NCBI GenBank assembly: GCA_028534125.1
Contig: CM052840.1
Location: forward strand, 7,564,001 to 7,628,000
DNA: 64,000 nt
Source: Lama glama
Taxonomy: Eukaryota
Reading direction: 5' to 3'
In this document: piece by piece, positions 12,640 to 24,003 of the stretch
Position numbering within the stretch: the stretch's first letter is position 1
Layout of the letters: each line of letters opens with the position of its first letter
The notes under the pieces: model-generated
What the model was told of the DNA's origin: nothing
Databases searched by the model: none
The model's input: only the letters and a program-made list of their open reading frames with translations
Program-made: the position numbers and the translations under genes

Positions 12640-13134
12640 TTTCAATCAATGTCTAAGGTCTCCATCCCATTTTTAATGGAACCATATGCATCTCCTGGTT
12701 GCAGATATTTTTGGACTCCACGGGCCAAGCACAGAATGACGGTGCCCCAGCCTCAGGTGCGTGGGTGACATTCCAGAGACCAGCAAGTGTCGTCCTTACT
12801 GTACTGCAGCCATTGCTCCCAGGCCACACACTGGGCTGTGTCAGCCCTTGGAACTCACCCCTCTTCTCTGGAAGCCCGGAAAACAGCTCGGCTGTCACAT
12901 CCTCCTCCCCATCAGCAGGCTCAGCGCCTGCTCCCAGCCCACTAGCTGTGTGATGTCAGGGAGGTGGGTCGTCTCCTGACTGTTCTTCCTGTTCATCTCC
13001 CCAGGGGGCTTCCCTCTCTTGCCAGCCCAGTGATAATCATGGCAGCCTTCCTCTCCCCAGCGCCCTCTGTGTCTTCACCTTTGCCTTTCACCACAGCGAT
13101 CCTACAAAACCTCATCCTTGCATCCCGCTCACCA

Positions 13135-13252
13135 ATCTTTAAGATAATTAAAAAATTATTATTTGCCTTTTTGAAATTTAAATAGAAGTACTGGGGATTG
13201 ACCTCGTGCATCCTAAGCATGCGCTCTACCCCTGAGCTATCTCCACCCCTCC
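13135..13252 (-). mobile_element. Vic-1-type tRNA-Ala-derived camelid SINE, copy 1 (internal deletion)
   Basis: Minus strand reads tagctcaggggtagagcgcatgcttaggatgcacgaggtcaatccccagtac; TSD catcccgctcacca (13121-13134) / catccccctcgcca (13253-13266). Confidence 0.85.
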
Positions 13253-13769
13253 CATCCCCCTCGCCATTTGCCTCATGCGTTTTCTCCTCCGAGCTCAGAG
13301 GGAGCAATCTCCCAGATGGGCATCTTAGGGCCATCCCAGGTGTCTGATCTGTAGCCTCAGCTGGACCCTCGGGTTCCTGGGCAACCCTTTAATGTAGCCA
13401 CATGAATTTTCCCAGCTCCCAGCAAAACATTCCTTCTCTGCTCTGTTCTCTGATCCCAGGCTCTCTTGCTCAGCAGATAACCTGCCTTCTGACTCACAGA
13501 GGATGCACAGCAGGAGCAGCGAAGCTCGGCGGTCGCCCATAGTCCCTCTTGCAGCCACCCTCTCACTCTGTCCTCCTAGGCTTAGAGGAGGCGGCATCAC
13601 ACGCTGAGCCAGAGGCTCTCTCGGCTCCCAGTCCCATCGCTTCCTGTGACCTGTGGACCAGCATCTGGCTCCACTGAGTAGTTCCTCTCCGTCTGGTAAT
13701 TTCAGCTTCATCTTTGCTGGTCCCTCCTGGATAGCCTATGAGTGTGTTCCAGTCTCCGACTTAAACAAA

Positions 13770-14330
13770 AAGTCTCTAACCTTGTCCTTCCAATAACTGA
13801 TGTGTTATCATCTCCTGTTGGCGGACAAATTCTCTGAAGAAGGGTTGATGCTCACTGCCTCCATTTCTCGGTCACCCACCCGCTTCCCAGCCACCCTGCA
13901 GGCAAACCCAGACTCCTCTCCCCCCTCAGCCCACCCCTCACTCTACTTGGTCCCCACCTAGCCCTCAGCTGCAGGAAGCACATGCTGCAGGAGGAGGCTG
14001 TGCAGTCCACACCTTGCTGGCATTGCCCCCCGCGCTCGCCTTCCTCCTTGTCTACCTGGCAAGCAGCACTTATTTCAAAACATCCTCTGTGAGGCCTCTC
14101 TGGACCCTCCCTCCCTTCTCCGCCCGCCGGGGATGAATGGTCAGTCTTCCTTTGTGTTCTCAGATGTCCTTCAAGTCACAACATCTGGGGCCATTTACTT
14201 TCTATGTTTCTATGTGCTTTTCTCCAGCAAATATGGTAAGCTCTTGGAGAGCCAGGGCTGTGTCTTAATCCTACCTGCATTCCTGGTGCCAGGCATACCT
14301 GGCCCCATCTCTATACCCTGTGTTCAGGTA
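13770..14330 (+). mobile_element. L2 LINE 3' fragment
   Basis: ggtaagctcttggagagccagggctgtgtcttaatc...tgcattcctggtgccaggcatacctggc matches the L2 3' end. Confidence 0.65.
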
Positions 14331-14399
14331 TAGGCATCTCACCGCAGCATCCTTGTAGCCGACAGCTGATCCCGAGCAATTGCTTCTAGAGCTCTCATT

Positions 14400-14590
14400 A
14401 CTCATGGGCATCTCATGGATGCTTCTCATCCTTCCTTGTAGCAACTCTGAGGTCAGTATAACAGCCCATGTGTGAAGATGAGGAAACAAAGGCTCAGAGA
14501 GCCTTGGTAAGTTGGCCCTGGCCATCCAGCTAACAGTGGTGGAAGCAGGACTCTGTCCCAACTCTGTCCCAACTCTGGCCCCTTTCTATA
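14400..14590 (-). mobile_element. MIR SINE
   Basis: Core agatgaggaaacaaaggctcagagag...aagttggccctggccatccagcta. Confidence 0.8.
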
Positions 14591-15192
14591 CAGCCAGGCA
14601 CCCCCAGGTTGCCCAAATAGCGTATGCTCGCTGACCGCCTCTTCATTAACTAGCAGCCTTTAGAAACATAATTAAGACAGCAAATCAGAAGCAAAAGCAT
14701 TAAGTAATGAATTCAGACCCCAGGAGAGTCATAAATGCTTGTGGGTTATCAATGATTGGGGCTGGCGATTTGTGCTACAAACATTGCCTGTCCGTTGGCT
14801 TTATTTTCTTTAATTTAACAACAATCCTTCCTTTAACTAACAAATCAACCTTCCTTAGAGAGAAATTAGACTTTAGCAGAGCGATCAGCAATGAGAGCCT
14901 GGAAAGCCTTTTAACACTGTTTCCAGAGCTGCCCTCCCTCATTTTTCCGAACACGTCGCCGGGGGATAGTCCAAGAAATCTCACAAGTTTACACCATCTG
15001 CGAGCTTCTCACCTTGCAGCACCTGCACACAAGTCCCCATCTGGGCCCCTCCACCGAGAGCGTCCCTGTTGCCAGCTAAGGCTGAACTGAAACCTGGGGC
15101 TGGGGGTGGAGGGATGGGAGGGGGCTGTCCCTTCCAGGAAACTTGGAGAAGCCTCTCTTGTCTCCTGAGCCCACCAGTTCATGCCCTCCTCC

Positions 15193-15438
15193 NNNNNNNN
15201 NNNNNNNNNNNNNNNNNNNNNNNNNNNNNNNNNNNNNNNNNNNNNNNNNNNNNNNNNNNNNNNNNNNNNNNNNNNNNNNNNNNNNNNNNNNNNNNNNNNN
15301 NNNNNNNNNNNNNNNNNNNNNNNNNNNNNNNNNNNNNNNNNNNNNNNNNNNNNNNNNNNNNNNNNNNNNNNNNNNNNNNNNNNNNNNNNNNNNNNNNNNN
15401 NNNNNNNNNNNNNNNNNNNNNNNNNNNNNNNNNNNNNN
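15193..15438. other. Assembly gap (N run); other gaps at 17521-17798, 18106-18372, 19446-19609, 33533-33703, 63522-63693
   Basis: Runs of n seen directly. Confidence 0.99.
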
Positions 15439-15959
15439 GAAAGAGAAAACAGTGCTTGTGGGTAGGGGTGGGGGGTGGCTGGATCCTTGACGCTGAACTG
15501 CCATGCTGTGGGGGGAGAGTGCTTTTGAGAGTGAGAGGCAGAGAACAGGGAGAAGGGTGGGGTGGCAGAAAGAAGCCCCCCAAAGAAGGGGATCCCCAGT
15601 CCCCTTAAAACCTTTCAACTCCAAGCCCTCCTCTCATGGCAGGGCTGCTGTGTGGTAATTCACCTTCAGCTGTCTCCTGGGGGCTGGAGCGGGTTGTCTC
15701 CCGGATACAAACTCCAGTTGGAGCCCTGGGCTGGTCCCCCAGTGAGGGGACTGGGAGGGGAGGCGAGTTATGGTCCCTGGTGAGTCCCTTGGGGGAGCTG
15801 GGGGCAGGCAAAAGGTACACTGAACATAAACAACAATAAGAGCAACTGTTTTTGGCTGTCACTAGTGGCCCCTGGAAGGCTCACTGGTATGTTACCGCAT
15901 TCAATCGTCACAGCCACGCCTAAGACTGCAGTAAACGCTGGCACACGTGCCCACTGGTG

Positions 15960-16150
15960 TCTGTTCTGACTGCTCAATAGTTTGAATAACATATCCTGTT
16001 CACATCAACCCTAAAAGTAAAGTACTTTGGTTTTAATTTATGACTGAGGAGCCTGAGGTTCAGAGAGGTTAAGCAACTTGTTCAAGTGTGCACAGCTAGT
16101 GAACTGCTGAGGCAGAATTAGGAACCAAAGATAAGGAGCTTTTGACTCCT
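15960..16150 (-). mobile_element. MIR SINE
   Basis: tgaggagcctgaggttcagagaggttaagcaacttgttcaagtgtgcacagctagt. Confidence 0.8.
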
Positions 16151-16533
16151 TTTCACTGCTTCCCTAATAGTTTTAAGAATACTTTAAGGGGGAGGTCAGA
16201 AAAATATGGAATGACTAACAGTCAACTCTTGTAAGCAAGTGCCGAGGGGAGGAAAGAATGAATAGTCTGCATTTTCAGGTCCCTGTGTGTGGCGCTCCTT
16301 CCCACCCCAGTTTGTGCGCATGCTGCTCCTGCCTCCTGGAAACCCCTCTGCTTTCATCTGAACCCATGTGCCAGTCCGGCCTCAGCAGTTGATCACTGCA
16401 CGGAAAAGCTCCCCAACCCTCCCGGCGCTGTTGGTTCTTAATACTTTTTACTTTTTTCATCAGAGCTCTTAAACCAATGCTAATTAAATATCTTTATGTG
16501 CATTTTATTGATGAATATATCCCAGGTAGACTG

Positions 16534-16801
16534 TAATAATAATAATAATTATTGTAATAGCTAACCTCTATTCAGTGCTCACAAGTCTGGCACTCTCTTA
16601 AGGACTTAACATACTTTAGCTTATTTAATTAATCCTCTTGAGGTCCCTGTGAAGTAGTAACTGTCAATGTTGCCGTTTTTACAGATAAAGTGACTGAGGC
16701 ACACAGAGGTGAAGGAACTTGCCCAATGCTACTCTGCTAGTGAGTAACAGAGCAGGATATGAACCCAGCAGTCTTTGGTTCGAGAATTCACGCTCTTAAT
16801 C
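16534..16801 (-). mobile_element. Near full-length MIR SINE
   Basis: aataatagctaac-like end, core tttttacagataaagtgactgaggcacacagaggtgaaggaacttgccc, head gctcttaatc. Confidence 0.88.
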
Positions 16802-16803
16802 AG

Positions 16804-17304
16804 GATGGTATGGCCACAAATTCCTCCCACCTTGGTATGTACACTCCTTAGAGGGGAAGTCAGTTTCTCCATCTCTTGAAATAAATGGCATGTGATTGGC
16901 TTTGACCAACAATACGCGATAAGAGTGATGCTATGTGGCTTTCAAGGCTAGGTCTTAAGAGGCTTTGCAGCTTCTGCTTTCTCCCCACTGGGTTGCTGCC
17001 CTGGGACCATCTTGGAAGGAAGCTGGCCTGGCCTATGGCTGCCTGTGAGGCTGTATGGAGGAGAACTAAGGCCCCCCAGCCAACAGCCTGGACCAGCTGC
17101 CAGACTTGGTGCTAGAAGGAGGACGTCTTGGACCTTGCAGCCCAGCCAACCTACCAGCTGAATGCAAGCACGTGACTGAGCCATGCCAAATCGGCCAGGG
17201 CACCAGCCAGCCAACCCACAGAACCATGAGAATGAATAAATCATGGTTGCCCCGAGCCAATAAGTTTTAAGAAGTTCTGTTGCACAGGAAAGGCTAACTT
17301 GGCA
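16804..17304 (+). mobile_element. MaLR solo LTR (MLT1G/H-like)
   Basis: atggccacaaattcctccc...aggctaggtcttaagagg...ccagctgaatgca...aacccacagaaccatgagaatgaataaa...taagtttt. Confidence 0.8.
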
Positions 17305-17798
17305 AGAACTGTCTCATTTGGGTTGCATCCCCAATGCCTAGCAGGATGTCGGGTACATAGATAGCACTTTGATAGTAAAAATGTGTTAACTGAGTGAATA
17401 AACAGAAGTGGGATTGAAGCAGGAAGACCTCCCTGAATGGTGGTGGCTAAGTCTACCATACATTATGGAATCCATTCAATGTGACATATTCAGGAATTTC
17501 AAAACAGATGATAATTTAAANNNNNNNNNNNNNNNNNNNNNNNNNNNNNNNNNNNNNNNNNNNNNNNNNNNNNNNNNNNNNNNNNNNNNNNNNNNNNNNN
17601 NNNNNNNNNNNNNNNNNNNNNNNNNNNNNNNNNNNNNNNNNNNNNNNNNNNNNNNNNNNNNNNNNNNNNNNNNNNNNNNNNNNNNNNNNNNNNNNNNNNN
17701 NNNNNNNNNNNNNNNNNNNNNNNNNNNNNNNNNNNNNNNNNNNNNNNNNNNNNNNNNNNNNNNNNNNNNNNNNNNNNNNNNNNNNNNNNNNNNNNNNN

Positions 17799-18753
17799 AG
17801 CCACCTTCACTGATGATCTCAGCTAGGTCCTCTGGAGAACTCGCTGCAGCTCCTACATCAGCACTGGCTGCTTCCCCTCGCGCTTTGCTGTCGTGGAGAC
17901 GGCTTCTTTCCTGCATCCTCACGACCCAACCTCTGCTAGCTTCAAACTTTCCTTCTGCAGCTTCCTCACCTCTCTCAGCCTTCATAGAATTGAAGAGAGT
18001 TAGTGTCTTGCCCTGGATTACTGTTTGGCTGAAGGGAATTTTGTGGCTGGTTTGATCTATCCAGACTACTCAAATTTCTGCCATAACAGCAATAAAGCTG
18101 TCTCANNNNNNNNNNNNNNNNNNNNNNNNNNNNNNNNNNNNNNNNNNNNNNNNNNNNNNNNNNNNNNNNNNNNNNNNNNNNNNNNNNNNNNNNNNNNNNN
18201 NNNNNNNNNNNNNNNNNNNNNNNNNNNNNNNNNNNNNNNNNNNNNNNNNNNNNNNNNNNNNNNNNNNNNNNNNNNNNNNNNNNNNNNNNNNNNNNNNNNN
18301 NNNNNNNNNNNNNNNNNNNNNNNNNNNNNNNNNNNNNNNNNNNNNNNNNNNNNNNNNNNNNNNNNNNNNNNNGCATAGGAAGGCCTGAGGAGAGGGAGCG
18401 AGATGGGGGATCAGCCGCTTGGTGGAGCAGTCAGAACAGACACATTTATTGGTGAAGTTTGCTGTCTTAGATGGGTGCAGTTCATGGAGCCCCCAAATAA
18501 TTTCAATAGTCACATCAAAGAACACTGATCAAAGACCATCATAACAAGTCTAATAATGAGGGAAAAATTTGAAATATTGGGAAAATTACCAAAATGTGAC
18601 ACAGAGACAGGAAGTGAGCAAATGCCATTGGAAAAATGGTCCCAATAGATTTAATTCAGGCAGGGTTGCCACAAACCTTCAATTTGTTTAAAAAAATCAA
18701 AGAAGTACCTGTAAAACACATAAAGGGAAGCACAGTAAAGCGAGGCCTGCCTG
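17799..18753 (-). mobile_element. Tigger1 (TcMar-Tigger) 5' half with degraded transposase, interrupted by gaps
   Basis: Minus [46 protein letters not shown] matches the Tigger1 transposase; terminus cagggttgccacaaaccttcaatttgt...aagcgaggcctgcctg. Confidence 0.92.
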
Positions 18754-20699
18754 TCCTGTTGAATGGGTTTAATTAAAGATGTGCATTTCTTTATTTTAAT
18801 TTCTGGTTTCCTCAGACTGGTATGAAGCTCTCATCTGCACTTTGGAATTTTCCTTTCTAAATTCTGAACTGTAGTACGTTAGAGGTGGTAGGGCCCTCTC
18901 TGTCAGGAACACTCAGTTTAAAGGATGATGGGTTATGCTCTTGTCACATATCTAGTTTATAGCAGACTCAGGACTTTAATTCACATCTTTGACGTCTGCT
19001 GACTTTCCATTCTTCCCAATGGGTAGACTCTGAAGTCCCCAATGTACAGATGGGAAAACTGGGGGCAGAGCCAGCGCCAGACCACAGATTATTCACCTCT
19101 CAGCTGAAGGCTGTCTTTGTGAGTCCAAGCTGACTCTAGGGTTAAGCTTCTGACAGCTCTAAGTATTTTTTCCTCTTTCATGTTGCTCTCAAATATATTT
19201 CTATCCCCGTCAGACCATCCCCCTTGTTCCCATTTAACCTGAGAAAGTTAAACCCACTTTTGATCATCATGTGAAAATCTGAGGCAGAGTGCTTCCTTCA
19301 AGGCAGATGTTTGGAAATGCTGAGCTGCAGGCGCTCAACTTGTCAAGTAACTTTTCAAATGATGAAAAAAGGGGAAAATGTAGGTCAGGAAGCAATAAAC
19401 TATATTCACATCCAATATATCCTTCTGGTTAAGGAGCCGACTTTGNNNNNNNNNNNNNNNNNNNNNNNNNNNNNNNNNNNNNNNNNNNNNNNNNNNNNNN
19501 NNNNNNNNNNNNNNNNNNNNNNNNNNNNNNNNNNNNNNNNNNNNNNNNNNNNNNNNNNNNNNNNNNNNNNNNNNNNNNNNNNNNNNNNNNNNNNNNNNNN
19601 NNNNNNNNNGATTCCTTTATCCAGATGTTCGTAGAAAAGACTCTGGATGGCATGCAGGGAATTAAAGATTTATTTTTAATATTTGAGAAAAGTCATATTT
19701 CTAATAACAGCAAGCCTTAAAATGTGTCCCCAATCTTTGCTGTCTCTCTGCTCTTTCTCATTATTATTTTCTTAAGTAGCAGCTCTGTAGGTTTTCAAAC
19801 CTTACTATTTAGATATTGGAAGGACAAGGTCGTTGAAATGCTTTCACTATAACACTGATATTCACATCAAGCTTATTTCAAGAGACAATTTTCACCCACC
19901 ATGTTATAGCCAAAGTCCTACAAAAGATCACCCTTCATGAGGCAAAATCTCCAACAAACTGCCTGAGTCTTTCAGCTTTGCAGAGTAGTGTGACTTGTCT
20001 TTGAAGATTATAGGATGTTTCTGAGTGTCCCTTAAGTCTGGAGGCATTGCACCAGAGACCCCAATGGTTATGGTGGCCCTCCTATGTCCAGATACCCAAC
20101 AATAAGTTACCTGAAAGTCATGAGCATCTTACTAATGGAAGCCCCCTCCCTCATCTCTTATCCCCTTACCTGAAAGAGAAGGCTATTCTAAAACATGCTA
20201 GATTTTATGAGTTAAGTGAGTTTACCTGCTGGAGAAAGATACATTTCAGGTTCTAGTGACAGAGAGAAATTTAAAATTAGGTCACTTCATGGTTACAACT
20301 TGAATCTATAACAGAAACTAAAAGGTCTCAGAGATCATACGCGTTTTCTGGTTGGGAATCCAAAAGGGACCTACTGTGAAACAGTCTTTAATTGGTTTGT
20401 TACACTCAAAAAATATACTGAATATTTCTATGGAAACTGAAGTTTTGATATAAAATAATTCAGCTGGGTTAAGATCTGAGCTCTAAAATCAGTCCCCATA
20501 GGACCTGTGTGTATGCTTTTAGAAGATGCCAGCCTCTGCGCTGTAATTTTAGGGAAACGTGACAGTCCTCCCTAGCCTCCAAAGCTTTTATTTAGTTTAC
20601 TGTTTCTTGAAATAGATGCATTAGAATTGAGTCTTTCATTTTAATATTTGGAGACTTCTACAACGTAAATACTGCTGTTTTCCTTCAGCTGACATGCAT

Positions 20700-20910
20700 G
20701 TGCTTCTCACTTCTTGCAAGGTATTCTCTAATGCTCTCTGAGTATTAATTTACTTAATCCTTTCGGGAACCTTCTGTTTCGGGTATGAATGCTGTCCCCA
20801 CTTTGCAGATGAGAAACACAGACCCGGAGAGAGGCCAAGACCATCAAAGGTCGTGGAGTCATACATGAAATCAGAACGTCTGAATCCAGGGCTGGCTTCA
20901 CACTGCACTG
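20700..20910 (-). mobile_element. MIR SINE
   Basis: tgtccccactttgcagatgagaaacacagacccggagagagg. Confidence 0.75.
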
Positions 20911-21119
20911 TGTGGCCCCCGCAACCCTCTGGGTCACCATGATGTCAGGAGCCTTCCTACTTCTGGAAAGTTTGGGGACAGTGAAGGGGGTTGCATATTA
21001 CAAGACAGATGGCGCCAGTGGGAATGCAGTGGGGTGGTGAAAAGCACACAAGGGAGGGTGTGAATAATGAGGACAAAGTCCACTTGTGTCTTAATTTTGG
21101 CAGCATTTGAGAGAAAGCC

Positions 21120-21275
21120 ATCACAATAGACACTCTGGGACTTGCAGGTGGGACTCTTCATTTTGGAGTTCATCCTTTATTTTACAGGGGAGGGAAACTG
21201 AGGCTGAGGGAGCACACTGAGATTTCATAGCTAGCTGGTGGCAAGCCCAGGACTGGGGCCCCAGGCCCCCATCTC
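21120..21275 (-). mobile_element. MIR SINE fragment
   Basis: attttacaggggagggaaactgaggctgaggg...atagctagctggtggcaagcccaggactgg. Confidence 0.65.
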
Positions 21276-22374
21276 TGGGTCCAGAGCCCTCTCTTCCTCT
21301 GAAGGCAGTCTGGGGCTCCACATCACTAGGGGAGCTGGTGGAGGCTTTTTCTTTCTGAGGCTCTCCTTGTAAAATATCTGTTTCCTGAGTGGCATATGGT
21401 CGGACGACAACATACAGAAGGAAACTTTTGCCCTGATGTTTACAAGGATTATTTCCTTATGGACACATTTTCTGGGAAGAGAAGAGCACCTTGTAGACCT
21501 CGTGTTAACTTTTGGGGAGTGGGCATTGCAGCTGAGCCTGGAAGCAGAGTTCATTGTCACCATCCCATTTCATAAAGACGCTGTGCATTTCTGAAGAGCA
21601 TCGCAGGGGCTGGGTGAAAGCACACGGGCTGGAGTGAGGGAAGAAACGAAGAAACTGGTTGGAAATGAGAAGTATTTAAATATAAATTAATGCAGACCCA
21701 GGGGTCATCTGGCATGCAGTCCTGGCAATGAGGGAATGTACAATGTGGGTGAACAAGTGAAAGAAAGTAATCAAAAGTAAGAAGGTGGCGTCTGTGAGGC
21801 ATTAAAGCATCAGGTACAGAGGCAGCTGGGGAAGATTAGGGAACAAAGTCCAGAGAGTGTAAAGAGAGATAAGAAAGGCAAAGGTAGCAAATGAAAAGAG
21901 ATTGCACCGAGGGTTAAGAGAAATCATGGGAAAATTTTCCAAGCGCGTAAGGAACTCAGGGGTCATTGAAGGAGACAGTTGGATGGCAAAGACTCGACAA
22001 AGAGGAATTTATTGAAAAAAAGAGGTAGATGTGGCTAAAAAACATTACATATTTTTTTTGCCTTGGAACTCTCAGGGAGATGGGGAACAAATGTTAGAAA
22101 TCGACGGACATTTCCTAAAGGAAACCGAAGGATAGCAGGAACATGCCACCTTGAGGGAGTCAGAAACTAAGACTGGAAAACAGGAAAAAAAAAAGGTTAG
22201 AGACTTCAGTCCAAGGCAGAACGTATGCAGACACTCTTGAATAATAAATAACAGGAACTTAAGAAGTAAGAATTTGAAAAACAAAGTTTGGGAGAACCAG
22301 ACGTCCCCTGAGGAGAGGGCTGGCATTGCCCCCAGCTCTAGCCCCTCCTCCTCTGTTCCCCCCCGCCCCGCCCT

Positions 22375-22640
22375 TCCTGTTTCCCTTCCACAAATGTATA
22401 CTGAAAATCTGCTAAGTGCTAGACATTGTGCTATTATATATCAGGGCAGGTACATAGATGAATAACGCATTGTCTGTGGCCCCTGCCTCTGTGAGTTTAT
22501 GTTTCTGCAGAGTGGACACGCTCTGTCAATGGTGTATGATGCAGTCGTGTGCTATAGAGCAGAGAGGGCTAAGTGATGTGGGAAATAGAAACTGGGCGGG
22601 CGGGGAAGGCAGGTCATTTCAGATTGGGACAATCAAATCC
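22375..22640 (-). mobile_element. L2 3' end
   Basis: cacaaatgtatactgaaaatctgctaagtgctagacattgtgcta...ggcccctgcctctgtgagtttatg. Confidence 0.65.
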
Positions 22641-23890
22641 CACCTTTATGGAGGAAACGAATACCATTAATGCTTGTTAGAATAATAATAGAACAATTGA
22701 CCCAGAGTTTGGGGTTTTCTTTGGTTTCTGTATAATTTTAAAAGGGTTCCCATAAGTCAGGTGTCCATGGTGTGGGTTATATACGGGGATATATTCTTGG
22801 AGCCCCTCACATCATGTTGTGTGTGGTCACTTCTGCAAATGCTTGGGGGATCTGTTGTGGATGAGGCTGTGAGTTGACCGTGTCATGGATCCTGGTGTCT
22901 AGCGCAGGGGTGAGTGTTTGGTCCACAAGGAAAAGGTGTGGGGTCTGAGCTAAGCACACTTGTCTCGGGGACCTCTACTCCTTCGGAGGCTGAAGAGCAC
23001 AAGGTGTCAGAGGGAGGAATAAGCCTGGTCAGTAAGGGCCGTAAAGCTCTGAGTCCTGGAAGAGGAGAGGCAGGTAATTTGATTATCCAATTTGTTGTAG
23101 TGACAAATAAGGTAATGAGGCTAGGGACAAGAAATTTAGTGGTAAAACAGATCCTCCACGGTCACAGGCAATAGACTTGAGAGGAGGAATCTGAGTACAG
23201 AGGCCGATAAAACTTTAATGTCTTTGGCACCAGCATCTGAAGCAATAAAAGAAATCAAATGTTCTTCTGGCTTGCATAAATAGAAGGACTGTGAAAAAGT
23301 CAGAGGTAATTAGCTCAGAGTTATAAAAGGGAATGGTTGGTGGTGTTTGACCCAGGAAATGGGAGGAGATGCCTGCTAAGATTTCCCCGTTCCCAGTCTC
23401 TCTTCCCATCCAGCTCTTCTCATCACTTTTGTTCACTAAATTTGACCTTGACTGTGGTTCTTCACCTTGTTGCCAGCCCTACACATCTGAGAACAAATGT
23501 GTATTAGTAATAGTTGCTCATCCAGCTGCTATTTTCAGGTGGGATTGGGTGAGAGCAGCAGGGAGGAAACTTGTATCATTTGAATCCTCCTCCAACTTTT
23601 GTGATCCTGATACATTCAGCTTGGAGCCTGGTGCCCCATGCTATTTGAGAATCATTCCTTCAGAACCCTTTCCAATAATACAAAATATAGATTCAAGGAA
23701 CAGAGTATTGATTGCTTCTTCTCAGATGTCTTCTATGATGAGCAGATGCCAAGGAATATTTTCTCAGAAATAAATTATCATCAGGTACAACTATATTATT
23801 AATGACCAAAAGGAACGTTGCTTTTAAATTTTGAGTTTGCAAATTCAAATAGAAACTAGTGACTTTATTCATTTAAGAATCTCTCTTCTT

Positions 23891-24003
23891 GAGGGGAGTG
23901 GTAATTAGGTTTATTTATTTATTCTTAGAGGAAGAACTGGGGATTGAACCCAGGACCTCATGCATGCTAAGCATGCGCTCTACCACTCGAGATATACCTT
24001 CCC
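23891..24003 (-). mobile_element. Vic-1-type SINE, copy 2
   Basis: ggtaattaggtttatttatttattcttagagg...ctggggattgaacccaggacctcatgcatgctaagcatgcgctctaccact; tRNA-Ala(AGC)-like head with A/B boxes on minus strand. Confidence 0.92.

Noticed and set aside
15069-15624. 179-182 aa ORFs
   Set aside because: Artefacts of translating through an N gap.
17476-18525. Long ORFs, including the transposase-like 169-aa ORF
   Set aside because: Length is inflated by N runs. The real part is a decayed Tigger1; nothing indicates a domesticated TIGD gene.
23930-24003. tRNA-Ala(AGC)-like gene (also at about 13185, 30466, 61885 and 63191)
   Set aside because: These are SINE heads: shared non-tRNA tail, A-rich ends, TSDs and broken stems. 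They are not functional tRNA genes.
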